A DNA stretch of 64,000 nucleotides from Eledone cirrhosa (Eukaryota). Positions 14,538-28,500 of the stretch are shown one piece after another. Position numbers and translations under genes: made by a program. The notes under the pieces are model-generated. The model saw only the letters and a list, made by a program, of their open reading frames with translations, made no database searches and was not told the origin of the DNA. The stretch is from assembly GCA_964016885.1 (NCBI GenBank), contig OZ024740.1:342550001-342614000 (forward strand), in the 5' to 3' direction. Every line of letters begins with the position of its first letter. Position 1 is the first letter of the stretch.

Positions 14538-17500
14538 GAGAGAGAGAGAAAAAAGAGATGTGAGAAAAACCACAGACCCTCCATCTCAACTCTACTTTTG
14601 AAAAGCAGAACTGCGAAACCAGTAAAGGAACCAAATAAATATATATATTTTTTTTAAAATAAGACTCCAGTTGCATTTTAGATTTCATCTATTTTTCTTT
14701 ATACTTTCACTCGTGTAGGACACCTCGGTTATTTTTCATTTTGTAAAAATAACCTCACTTTCTAATATATATATATACACCTCTCCTCTATCTTGAACTT
14801 GAAAGGCATGATCAGTTTAATCAAAGTAATGAGATTGATGGCTATATAGGACTATGTCAGTGTACTTACCTATAGACTATCTGTGGGTATTTGGTCAATA
14901 CAGGCAAGTCTATAGCTGTTTATCAATCATTTGCATTGTTCTAGAAAGGATTTCACATTAGCGAAGCTAGTTTGGAAGTAAAATATTTAAATCATGACTG
15001 TTATTTGATGTTCTAATACGAAGTAAATAAAAAGAGAAATAGATAAAAATTATATACTGAGTTAACAACAGGATACAAAGATCTTAATACTTCTGATAAT
15101 CCATTATAGAGAGCTGGATCTTTCTTACAGTCAGAGCCACTAAGAGAATTTTGGAAAAGCAAAATATGATTGCTGTCAGAACAGAGGAAGCAGGGGAAAG
15201 TTCCTTCCATAATTCAAGGAAGCCGGAATGGACTAGAATAATTATAATTGGATTGTATTTTAAATAGTAATTACTTGATGTAGACACAAGGAGCAAATAA
15301 ACCTAGTGAATACATACAATAACCACTTCAGGTTCTCTGAAAAAAACCCACCCATTTTAATTAAAATCTTCTAAAATAGTTATATATTAGAACAATATAT
15401 TAAGTTGCTATCTTAGTAATAAAATGATTAATAAGTTTAGTAAATCCTTCAAAATTCTTCATCAATTAAAATAGAATGTATTTCATTAAAAATATCACAA
15501 AAAAGTTGACATAGGAAACATATGAATAAAATAGAATGTTCTGGAACAGTTGTTCCCAAATTTTGCCATGGGGCAGTTTTCCAAAAATGACAAAACCCAT
15601 AGCTATATTTTCTGGGCATTGTCCTAATTTATATAAGACATTAAATGAAACCAAAATTGTTTTAGAGATAGACATTTTTCATATAAAAGAAGTTAAAAGA
15701 TGCCATAAATTTTTATTAGATTTTATCAAAAGACACCTTATCTTTTTAGCAGAACCCAGTTTGGGAAACATTGTTCTAGAACAACAAACCAGTCATGATA
15801 AAACACAATGCCTTTTTAATAAGCACCTTGTCTTAACCCTTTATCATTTAAACTGGCCATATCTGGCCAGAATTCTCTCACCTCTTTCTGTTCAAACTGG
15901 TCGTAACTGGCCACTCATAACAACGTTAAGGTATTGTTCTCAATATAAATAACATCAAAATCTCATAGATTCGATATTATGTGAGATAATTATATGAAGT
16001 AAAGCCTTTATCATGAAAATATATCTGTAATATTACAAATGAGACCGCTCTACACTGAGAAAATTATACCAGATCTTTTTAATACTATTTTAATACTATA
16101 CCCTATTTTGCTGATTATACTGGGTAATAGTTAATATATGATCATGAAACTTTTATATTGTATTTGTCTAAATGTTTCTGTATATTTAGTTTTAAAAAAA
16201 AATAGTTGCATGTAGTAGAAACTTGAAGTTTTCTTTTCTAATGTGTGTATGTGTGTTTACATGTGTACTTGTGTCTTATAACTGACCACGAATAAGTTAT
16301 ATTTTAGGGTGTCTGTCCTATTTCAATATTTTTTGATTTGATAGCTAATTCAGACTAGTTTATAAATGAGATATATTGAATGTTGATGGTTTGTATGATT
16401 GTGTTAAAAACAAAAACAACTTAATTATGACACAAACTAAGTTTCTTTAAATTTCTTTACAGTTAAAACAATATCTTCGCTTAAACATCTTTCAAATATT
16501 GAATAAAACCAATTATACATAATGCCTCCCTAACATTGATTGATCTACATCAAATGAAACAGATTTAATTAGAGAGGAAATATACTATGATCAGTGACAT
16601 AGCTAGAGTTTATGCTACCTTGAATAATCTTTGAGTTTGCCATTCCACCAAACAAAATACGCACTAAAAATGCCACACAGGGTTGACTCTCCACCCCTAG
16701 TTTAGCTATGCTACCAACTAAAATACTAGACCTCCCACTAGTTGATATCAAATAAAATGTTCTCCACAAACCCTCATATCCAACTAGTGACACCACCAGC
16801 CATTAATAAGCCCATCTCATGGTCTAGGAAGTGAAGAAAAATAAATGAAATATGCTTTATTCAAATGGAAGAGTAAAAAGTCAAATAGTTTGCTTTAGCA
16901 GTGGTGGAATGGACTTAAATGTAGAAGATTCTGTAATTATTAAAATGCTTTTAGGAACCTCCTATTTCGTCTGAGTGTGTTGAGGAGCAGTTTTTAAACT
17001 GAAGGCGAATCTCAGTAGTTGACATGAATAGGATAAATAGAAGATTATATGTCTGTCACATGGTAATGAGACTTAGTTACTAAAGAAAAAAAATAATAGA
17101 CAAAAGATAGAGCAACATTTCCTCTAATTTATCCAGTGCTGGATTTAGGATAAATGAGGCACTGTGATAGTTAAGTTATGAAGCCCCTTACTTAGGCCCT
17201 GAAGGAGGCAAAACATTTTTGGGGCAGGAATATGGGCTACCCTGACCAACGAGGCACTGTGCTTAAGCACACATAAGGACAATGGTAAATCCAGCACTGA
17301 ATTTGTCCCATCTACTAAACAGAAGTTTTGGTGCTTTGAGCAAAATTATTTTAAATTTAAATCTACTGAGCAGCAATATTTTGCAGCTTGTGACAACCTA
17401 TTGATGTGTGTGGTACCAATACAGCACACCCATAGAGCTTAGAAGGAACATTATCTGTGAATGGGGAAGAATGCAATGACTGATCTATTTAATGTGTTTT

Positions 17501-18773
17501 ATGAATGGGTAAAGCAGGATGGATGGGCTAAGCTAGATGAAAAAGTGAAATTTTTGATATGTGATGATAAAGGACACATTATGATGGTGATTGTTGGTAG
17601 AGGTGTTGTCTGAGAAAACTTGAATTCACAGAAGAATCAGAGGACAAAGACGGAATAACTGTAAGTCTGTCCAACTCTTAACAGCATGAAAAAACAGGAA
17701 AACAACCGATTTTAATGTTGTTGTTGTTGTTGTTGTTGGCAATGTTTTTAACTTAAGCCAGCTCTGATTAAGCAAAGCTATAATCAAAGGTATTCCATCC
17801 ATGACCATCCCATCTTTTATTCAGTCCAACATAACCATAACTGCATCATTGACTGTCTGTTCTTGTATTTTTTAATGATAGGATGCAATGAAGGAGATTT
17901 GTCTGCTATGGTGGTTGTGGTGGTAGTGGTGGTGTTTTAGGAATAGTAATATAAAAGAGAAGTATTTCATTGAACCTTGTTTATATAGAAAGGTGTTTAA
18001 TTAAGTAGAAATATTTCAGAACATTTAGCTTACGTAAATCTGTACTGATAATTGGATATGTGTTTCTTATTTTACCACTGATATTCTCCTCTCAAGAACT
18101 GAACCCACAAATCACATCCAGTTCTAGAAATTATTCTTATAGATTTCTTTCTGTTCCTTATTTTTTATTCCCCTAGTGGTCACACCTAGAGTGGTACATA
18201 GTAGTACTGTGTTCTATGTTCTACTGGCTATTTTTATTCTGGTCATTGTTGCTGTTGGAGTCTGGATTTACTTCAGAAAGTGTCGTCGCAGGGAACAACC
18301 GTGAGTTGGCAGCAATTTATTTTGGTTTTTTTTTTCTACTACTAAATTATTGACAGCTCTAAGTTTAGCTTTATCATCATCATTATTAGTAAACTAGACA
18401 TTAGTATAGCTTCAACTAAGCGGTTAAGCTATACTGATACCAGTTTAGCCAGGTCAGTTAGCTAACAGACTCCTGGACTACAGGTATCCAATGTGGCCTC
18501 ACCAGTGATCTAATGGTCAGTTAAGTAAGAGGGGATCTTAATGATATAGTGGTCACCTGAGATAGAAGTAACCAAATTGAATAGAAAGGTTCAGTCTTAT
18601 TTTAAATTGAGAATATCTTCATCTATGAAGTTAGTGTTACTCAGCAGAAAAATGGAGGATTGAACCAGTTAGTCATTTCACTGATTAATCAGATAGATCA
18701 ATGACTTCCACACAACTTTTAATACAAACTTCATGATCATCATCATCATCAGCCTCATCATCCTCATCACCAC

Positions 18774-18840
<67 letters not shown>

Positions 18841-18991
18841 GTCATCTTCATCATCATCCTCATCACCACCACCGTCATGATGATGATGATGATGATCAAG
18901 ATGATCATGATCTCCATCATCATCATCATCATCATCACCACCACCATCATCATCCTCATGATCGATCATCACCACCACCATCATCATCATG

Positions 18992-19023
<32 letters not shown>

Positions 19024-22000
19024 CATCACGACCACTGCCACCACCACCCTCATCATCCTCATCATCACCACTGCTACCACCATCATCATCATCCTCATCA
19101 CCACCACTGTCACCATCATCATTATTGTAATCAACCTTAAGATCCTCCTTGTCATCATCATCACTACCACCACCACCATCACCACCACCACAACCAGCAC
19201 TGACATTTGGACATTATCCTATGTACTATACATGCACCTTTGACGAGTTGTAGTGCACCTGAGCACTGTGCACAATAATTTCATCATTATTATTATTATT
19301 ACCACCTCCAACATCATCATCATTAGCAACATATTCATCATCATTATAAACCCTCAATTATTTTATACATTAAATCTAAATTCAGTACACAAGACAATAG
19401 GATTCGACATATTCTAGAATAACTGTGGATATTTTATAAGGAATTAATATATTTAGTTGTGTTTGAAGAGTGTATGTACTTGTAGGGGCAATTTAAATGT
19501 GTGTATGTATGTGTGACTGTAGTTGTATGTGTGCTTTGCATGTGTATGTGAGTATCTGAGAAGCATTTTATTTAACTCTAACTATAACTTTAATTTCTTT
19601 CAGAACTATAAACTCTGCACAGAGTAACTGGAATGAAATGCAGCACACAACAAACCCTGCATACAGTCCAACAATCAACCGAAGACCTCCTCCACCCATT
19701 CCACTTGAAGGTAGGGTCTTTTCACCATTATCATCATTATCACCATTTAACCCTTTAGTATTTACATTACTCTATATATACTATTATATTTTCATGGTAA
19801 AAGCTTTACTGCGCATTATTATCTCACATATCGAATCTATGAGATTGTGATATTATTTATTTTGGGAAGTGAGAGAATTCTGACCGGATATGGCCGGTTT
19901 AAATGCTAAGGGGTTAATGTCTGTTTTCCATGCCTGCATGGGTTAGACAGGTTGTCACATGTTTTAGGTCAGACCAGTCAGGTGATAACATCCTGCTTCT
20001 ATGCTCCATTTTGGCTTGGTTTTTATGGCTGGATGCCCTCCTTAATGCCAATCACCTTACAAAATGTACTGGGACCATGGTTTTTATGGCTGGGTGACAT
20101 TCCTAATACCAACTACTTTACAGTGTTTATGGGAAACACTTTATTGTGACTCCAGCACTACCTCCATATGGATGCTTTCATAAGCCATAATTCCTTTGTT
20201 TAATTTTCAAGCCCATTTTTTCCTTGCTGGCATGACTGTAGGGTTAGGAATGGTAAGCAGTTTGCTTTGCAATCTCATGGTTTTCGGTTCAGCTCCACTG
20301 CACAGCACCATAGGCAAGTGTCATCTACTATAATCTAAGGTTGGCCGATACTCAGTGAAATTTAGTTGTTGGAACTTGCAGAAGCTCAACATATATACAT
20401 ATGTATGTATGTATGTATGTTAGGTCACCAGTTGGTGCTATGGTAACATACATGTATCCCAGTACAACCTGTCTCATGGTCGGGTCGTTGGCGACTAAAC
20501 TGGCAACCCCACCAAGGTTTCTTGGTGAGGAGGGTGACTTTGGACATCCTGCAGGACTAAAAACAAAACCTGTCAAAAGGCAAAGGAGCTCTTAAGAGTC
20601 AATGGCTATCCAAAATCACCGGGAGAGATGACCCCTTAGCCTTTGTCAAGGCAGAATTCTAGAAGGAAAACTCTGATATAACACCTGCAACCCTGATGGT
20701 ATCCAATGATGTTGACTTATTCTTCTTTTTGGTAAATATCATCTTGGTTAAGAGAGTGGGACTGGCTTTGTGCAGTGCCTTTGCTCACTATAAAAGCTTC
20801 ACGGCACAGGCATTGCTTTATATCTGGAGATCTCTCTGCACTTGTCGTCACATGGTACCATGGGCCCAGCACTATGTGTCAATAATTGTCACAAGTGTAG
20901 TGTTTGTACCAGAGTTTTTAAGTCGCTGGCTGGACTAAAAAGTCACACTCGTTCAGCGCATCGGTAGGGGTTCTCCTACATGGATATAAAGTAGTGGCCA
21001 TACTCGAAAACGAGTTGGCAGCCACCATGTATGTATCATCATCATCATCATCGTTTAACGTCCATGTTCCACGCTTGCATGGGTTTGGACGGGAGTTTTC
21101 CCACTTGAGGCAAGAGTGGTTGTCTTGCTCGCATAGGACTGTCTGGCGGGTTTTCTACAGCTGGATGCCCTTCCTAACACCAACCACATTTACAGTGTGG
21201 GACTGGGAGGTTTTTACCGTGTTGCCTACACGGCCACATTACAGCGTGGACTGTGTGTTTTTTTGTCGTGACACCTACACGATCTCATTTGTTTCGGCCT
21301 GGATGTTGTGGCACCAACATAACTTTACATTGAAAGGGGCGGTGTGGATAAGGTGGGGGTGGTGGGACAGGGGGTGTATTTTGTTAGAGATGCCTACTGA
21401 CTGTAGTAGGTTTTACTTTGTATTAGGTAAGGCTTGTCTTCTCTATTACTGAGTGCCGCCAAAGATCTCGGTCCAGTGACATTGTCTTGGAGAGGTGTAA
21501 GTGTGTGAGGTCGGAGTTTATCAAGTCGTCCCAGGTTTTTCTGGGTCTGGCTACTTCGTAGCTACCGTCTATCTTTATTGCCCTGCACTTTTTTATACAG
21601 CTGTCGTCTTTCATGCGCATTACGTGACCATACCAACGTAGCCTTCTCTCGAGTAAACAACATCTGAACCCTCTTATTTCTAATTTTTCCCTTAGTTCGT
21701 TTATGCTTTGCCGTTCGCGTATATTACTATTACACATCCAGCGGAGCATGCAAGCTTCGTTCCTCTCTAGTCTGCGTATATCCTCTGCACACAATGCCCA
21801 GGTCTCACTGCCATGCAACATTGCTGTTCGTATGCAGGCATCATACAGCCTGCCTTTCATTTTTAGGGAGAACCCTTTAGCGGCTAATAGTGGTATAAGC
21901 TCTCTGAACTTTTTCCATCCAGTTCTGACTCTAGCTACTGTACTTTCAGAGCACCTTCCCCCACTGCTGATTTTGTCACCCAGGTAACGGAAGCTGTCCA

Positions 22001-22518
22001 CTATTTCTATAGAACCCTCTGCGCAATTGAAAGAGCTACTTATTGCACCAGAGCACCGGCCACATGTAAAATCTATGTTCTTAGTTAGCTTACCTATGAT
22101 CCCACTACATCTTTTATGCACCCATACTTTGCATTTGGGACATAAAATGGAGTTTCTACCTATACCTTTCCTACACACTGAGCATGGCCATTTCCCGGAA
22201 GGGACCGGCACCTTATTTTCCCTCCTACAAACTAGAACTTTAGTCTTAGCCAGGTTAATTTTAAGGCCTTTTGATTCTAGGCCGTGCTTCCATGTTTGGA
22301 ATTTCTTCTCTAGCTCGGCCATTGATTCAGCTATGAGCGTTAGATCATCTGCGTATAGGAGTTCCCATGGGCAGCCGGTCTTGAACTCCACTGTTATAGC
22401 CTGAAGGGCAATAATAAATAGTAGGGGGCTAAGAACAGAGCCCTGATGAACACCAGCTTTTACGCTAAACTCTTCACTATATTCGTTGTATATATAAATA
22501 TATATACATAGGTGTGCA

Positions 22519-22553
<35 letters not shown>

Positions 22554-25500
22554 GAGGAGAATAAATGGAAAAAAGATAGTCTGCCCCAAAAAGATCCAAT
22601 AGAAGGCCCAGCGGTGCAAGTTAAAGGTAGTATAATAAGTAAGGCAATCAAAGATATGAAGACAGGCAAGGCAGCTGGGCCTTCGGAGATAGTTGCTGAG
22701 ATGTTGAAAGCATCTGGAATGGTGGGACATACTATGGTCACCTGGATAGTAAACCAAGTAATACAGAATGGGGTCATACCAAATGACTGGCGTAGCATCA
22801 TCATCATTAACTGCTACAAGGGTAAAAGAGATGTTCTAGATAGGGGAAACTATAGAGGCATTAAGTTAGTTGATCAGGTCATGAAGGTCACAGAAAGAGT
22901 TATAGCACAACTAATCAGAAAGCGAATTGATCTATATGAAATGTAGTTTGGGTTTGTGTCAGGTAAAAGTACCACAGAAGCTCTTTTCCTTGTACGACAA
23001 CTGCAGGAGAAGTACCTAGCTAAAAGTAAACTCTTCTACTTAGCTTTTGTAGACCTGGAGAAAGCCTTTGACAGAGTCCCCTGCTCCATTATCTGGTGGG
23101 CTCTTAGAAAACTAGGTGTAGCTGAATGGCTTGTGAGAGCTATACAAACCATGTATAGAGAAACAGTCAGCAAGGTTAGAATTAACAATGAATATAGTGA
23201 AGAATTTAGTGTAAAAGTTGGTGTTCATCAAGGCTCTGTCCTTAGCTCCCTACTATTTATTATTGCCCTTCAGGCTATAACAGACGAGTTTAAGACCGGC
23301 TGCCTATGGGAACTTCTATACACAGATGATCTAACTCTCATAGCTGAATCAATGGCTGAACTAGAGAAGAAATTCCAAACATTGAAACATGGCCTAGAAT
23401 CAAAAGGCCTTAAAGTTAACTTGTCTAAGACTAAAGTTCTAGTTTGTAGAAAGGAAAATAGGGCACACGTGCGCTCTGGGAAATGGCCATGCTCAGTGTG
23501 TAGGAAAGGAGTAGGTAGAAATTCCATTTTATGTCCCAAATGCAAAGTATGGGTACATAAAAGATGTAGTGGGATCACAGGTAAGCTATCTAAGAATGTA
23601 GATTTTATATGTAGCCAATGCTCAGGTGCAATAAGTAGCAAGTGGCCACAGGATACTAGTTTCTTCTATTGCCCAAATGGTTCTATAGAAATAGTGGACA
23701 CTTTCTGTTATCTGGGTGACAAAATCAGCAGTGGTGGAGGGTGCTCTGAAAGTACAGTAGCCAGAGTCAGAACGGGATGGAAAAGGTTCAGAGAGCTTAT
23801 ACCGCAGTTGGCCACAAAAGGTTTCTCTCTAAAAATGAAAGGCAGAATGTATGATGCCTGTATACGAACAGTAATGTTACATGGCAGTGAGACATGTACA
23901 TGGTGTGCAGAGGACCTGCGCAGACTGGAAAGGAATGAACCATGCATGCTCCGTTGGATGTGTAATAGTAATTTACTCGAACGACAAAACGTGAATGAAC
24001 TAAGTGAGAAATTAGGAATAAGAGGGATCAGATGCTGTTTACTTGAGAGAAGACTACGTTGGTATGGCCACGTGATGCGCATGAAAGATGACAGCTATAT
24101 AAAAAAGTGCAGGGCGATCAAAATTGACGGAAGCTACGGAGTCGGTAGACCCAGAAAAACCTGGGACGATTTGATAAATTCCGACCTTACACACTTGCAC
24201 CTCTCTAAGACAATGTCAAGATCTTTGGACCAAGATCAATGGACCGAGATCTTTGGCGCCACGCAGTAATACAGAATACCCGCCTTGCCTATGTACAAAG
24301 CGAAACCTACAGTCAGTAGGCACCTCTTAACCAAATATACACCCCAATCCACTACCCCTACTCCATCCCCTCACTCCCACCAACACCACCCTTTCTCTAT
24401 AAAGTTGGTACCACAACATCCAGTCCAAATAAATGAGATAATGAGATTGAGATCGTGTAGGTGTCACAACAAAAAAACACACAGTCCACACTATAATGTG
24501 GCCGTGTAGGTAACATAGTAAAAAGTTCTCAGTTCCACGCTGTAAATGTGATTGGTGTTAGGAAGGGCATCTAGCCGTAGAAAACCTGCGAGATAGTCCT
24601 TTACGAGTGAGACACGGTCACCCGACCAATCTTGCCTCAAATTGGGACAACTCCTGTCTAACCCATGCTAGCGTGGAAGATGGATGTTAAACAATGATGA
24701 TGATGATGATGATATATAAGCATTCAATTAGAAATCATATAAAATAAACATATGAAACAATCGCAGGGGATAATTTGTTTCATATGTTTATTTTATATAT
24801 ATATATATATCAATTGATTTCTAATTGAATGCTTATAAATGCTTGGATCTATCCATTAGAATTTTTGAGCATGTTCTATAGAGGTTATGGCGCATGTTTC
24901 TCAGACATGACATCCTTATTTTAATTTTGGTTATATATATATCAACATCATCATCATCATCATTTTACGTCCACTTTTCCCTGCTTGCAAGGGTGGGTAC
25001 GGGAACTGATTCTGGCTTGATTTCTACAGCTGGCTGCCCTTCCTAACACCAACCTCTTTACAGTGAGTGCTGGGTGCTTTTTTGCCGTGGCACCTCCACG
25101 ACCACTTTACAGTGGAATGATAGGGACCCCAGTCCCTATCATCTCATTTCTACAGCTGAGTAAACTGGAGCAATGTGAAATAAAGTGTCTTGCTCAAGGA
25201 AACAACACATCACCCGGTCTGAGAATTGAACTCACAACCTTTCGATTGCAAGGCCAATGCTCTAACCACTAAGCCATGTATATATATGTTAGGAGGGGCA
25301 TCCAGCCGTAGAAAACCTGCCAGACAGTCCTATACGAGCAAGACAACTAATCTTGCCTCAAGTGGGACAATTCCCGTCTAAACCCATGCTAGCGTGGAAA
25401 ATAGATGTTAAACGATGATGATGATGATACATATATACACATAGGTGTATATATATATTGTTATACTGCCAATGAAAACACGCGCACCTTTTGGTTTTCA

Positions 25501-28500
25501 CTTCAATTTATTATAAATTGAAGTGAAAACCAACATGTATGTGTGTTTTTATTGACAGCATGACCTTCAAAAAGTATAACAATATCTGTTTCAACACACG
25601 TTTTCACATAAGAAATCTTGCAAAACAAATTCAAAAACAAACTATATATATATATAAATAACTGTTTTAAATACCAGTGTAATCATATCATTGAAACATT
25701 AACTGAATGAGCACTCAATATATGTGAGCCGAGTGTAAGAGTTATTTTCTTAAGAGAAAGTTAACAGCGACTTTGAAGTTTCAGCTATTGCTTCATCTGG
25801 CAATAACCGAAACTTCTAAGTCACTGTCATCTTTCTCTTCAGAACATGTGCGTGTGTGTCTATGCGTGTTTGTGTCTCATAACATAGGGGTTTGATAAAA
25901 AAAGATTGATAAAATAAGTACCAGACAGATTGAGATACTATTTACTAGTACAGGCTGACTGAGGTACTATTTACTAGTACAGGCTAACTGAGATACTATT
26001 TACTAGTACAGGCTAACTGAGGTACTATTTACTAGTACAGGCTGACTGAGGTACTATTTACTAGTACAGGCTAACTGAGGTACTATTTACTAGTACAGGC
26101 TAACTGAGGTACTATTTACTAGTACAGGCTAACTGAGATACTATTTACTAGTACAGGCTAACTGAGATACTATTTACTAGTACAGGCTGACTGAGATACT
26201 ATTTACTAGTACAGGCTGACTGAGATACTATTTACTAGTACAGGCTAACTGAGGTACTATTTACTAGTACAGGCTGACTGAGGTACTATTTACTAGTACA
26301 GGCTAACTGAGGTACTATTTACTAGTACAGGCTAACTGAGGTACTATTTACTAGTACAGGCTAACTGAGATACTATTTACTAGTACAGGCTAACTGAGGT
26401 ACTATTTACTAGTACAGGCTGACTGAGATACTATTTACTAGTACAGGCTGACTGAGGTACTATTTACTAGTACAGGCTAACTGAGGTACTATTTACTAGT
26501 ACAGGCTGACTGAGATACTATTTACTAGTACAGGCTGACTGAGATACTATTTACTAGTACAGGCTGACTGAGGTACTATTTACTAGTACAGGCTGACTGA
26601 GATACTATTTACTAGTACAGGCTGACTGAGGTACTATTTACTAGTACAGGCTGACTGAGATACTATTTACTAGTACAGGCTAACTGAGATACTATTTACT
26701 AGTACAGGCTGACTGAGGTACTATTTACTAGTACAGGCTGACTGAGATACTATTTACTAGTACAGGCTGACTGAGATACTATTTACTAGTACAGGCTGAC
26801 TGAGATACTATTTACTAGTACAGGCTGACTGAGATACTATTTACTAGTACAGGCTGACTGAGATACTATTTACTAGTACAGGCTGACTGAGGTACTATTT
26901 ACTAGTACAGGCTGACTGAGATACTATTTACTAGTACAGGCTGACTGAGGTACTATTTACTAGTACAGGCTGACTGAGGTACTATTTACTAGTACAGGCT
27001 GACTGAGGTACTATTTACTAGTACAGGCTGACTGAGGTACTATTTACTAGTACAGGCTGACTGAGATACTATTTACTAGTACAGGCTAACTGAGATACTA
27101 TTTACTAGTACAGGCTAACTGAGATACTATTTACTAGTACAGGCTGACTGAGGTACTATTTACTAGTACAGGCTGACTGAGATACTATTTACTAGTACAG
27201 GCTGACTGAGATACTATTTACTAGTACAGGCTGACTGAGATACTATTTACTAGTACAGGCTGACTGAGATACTATTTACTAGTACAGGCTGACTGAGATA
27301 CTATTTACTAGTACAGGCTGACTGAGATACTATTTACTAGTACAGGCTGACTGAGGTACTATTTACTAGTACAGGCTGACTGAGATACTATTTACTAGTA
27401 CAGGCTGACTGAGATACTATTTACTAGTACAGGCTGACTGAGATACTATTTACTAGTACAGGCTGACTGAGATACTATTTACTAGTACAGGCTGACTGAG
27501 GTACTATTTACTAGTACAGGCTGACTGAGATACTATTTACTAGTACAGGCTGACTGAGGTACTATTTACTAGTACAGGCTGACTGAGGTACTATTTACTA
27601 GTACAGGCTGACTGAGGTACTATTTACTAGTACAGGCTGACTGAGATACTATTTACTAGTACAGGCTGACTGAGGTACTATTTACTAGTACAGGCTGACT
27701 GAGGTACTATTTACTAGTACAGGCTGACTGAGGTACTATTTACTAGTACAGGCTGACTGAGATACTATTTACTAGTACAGGCTGACTGAGGTACTATTTA
27801 CTAGTACAGGCTGACTGAGGTACTATTTACTAGTACAGGCTGACTGAGGTACTATTTACTAGTACAGGCTGACTGAGGTACTATTTACTAGTACAGGCTG
27901 ACTGAGATACTATTTACTAGTACAGGCTGACTGAGGTACTATTTACTAGTACAGGCTGACTGAGGTACTATTTACTAGTACAGGCTGACTGAGGTACTAT
28001 TTACTAGTACAGGCTGACTGAGGTACTATTTACTAGTACAGGCTGACTGAGGTACTATTTACTAGTACAGGCTGACTGAGGTACTATTAACTAGTACAGG
28101 CTGACTGAGGTACTATTTACTGGTACAGGCTGACTGAGGTACTATTTACTAGTACAGGCTGACTGAGATACTATTTACTAGTACAGGCTGACTGAGGTAC
28201 TATTTACTAGTACAGGCTGACTGAGGTACTATTTACTAGTACAGGCTGACTGAGGTACTATTTACTAGTACAGGCTGACTGAGATACTATTTACTAGTAC
28301 AGGCTGACTGAGATACTATTTACTAGTACAGGCTGACTGAGATACTATTTACTAGTACAGGCTGACTGAGGTACTATTTACTAGTACAGGCTGACTGAGG
28401 TACTATTTACTAGTACAGGCTGACTGAGGTACTATTTACTAGTACAGGCTGACTGAGGTACTATTTACTAGTACAGGCTGACTGAGATACTATTTACTAG

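Noticed and set aside
18678-19243. Poly-His/Asp/Met ORFs (also 46915-47472)
   Set aside because: They are translations of trinucleotide microsatellites with no splice support.
21423-22757. 444-aa ORF as an intact RT gene, or a twin-primed inversion
   Set aside because: The N-terminus is antisense of the neighbouring copy plus microsatellite. The two copies overlap in sequence and both have tails.
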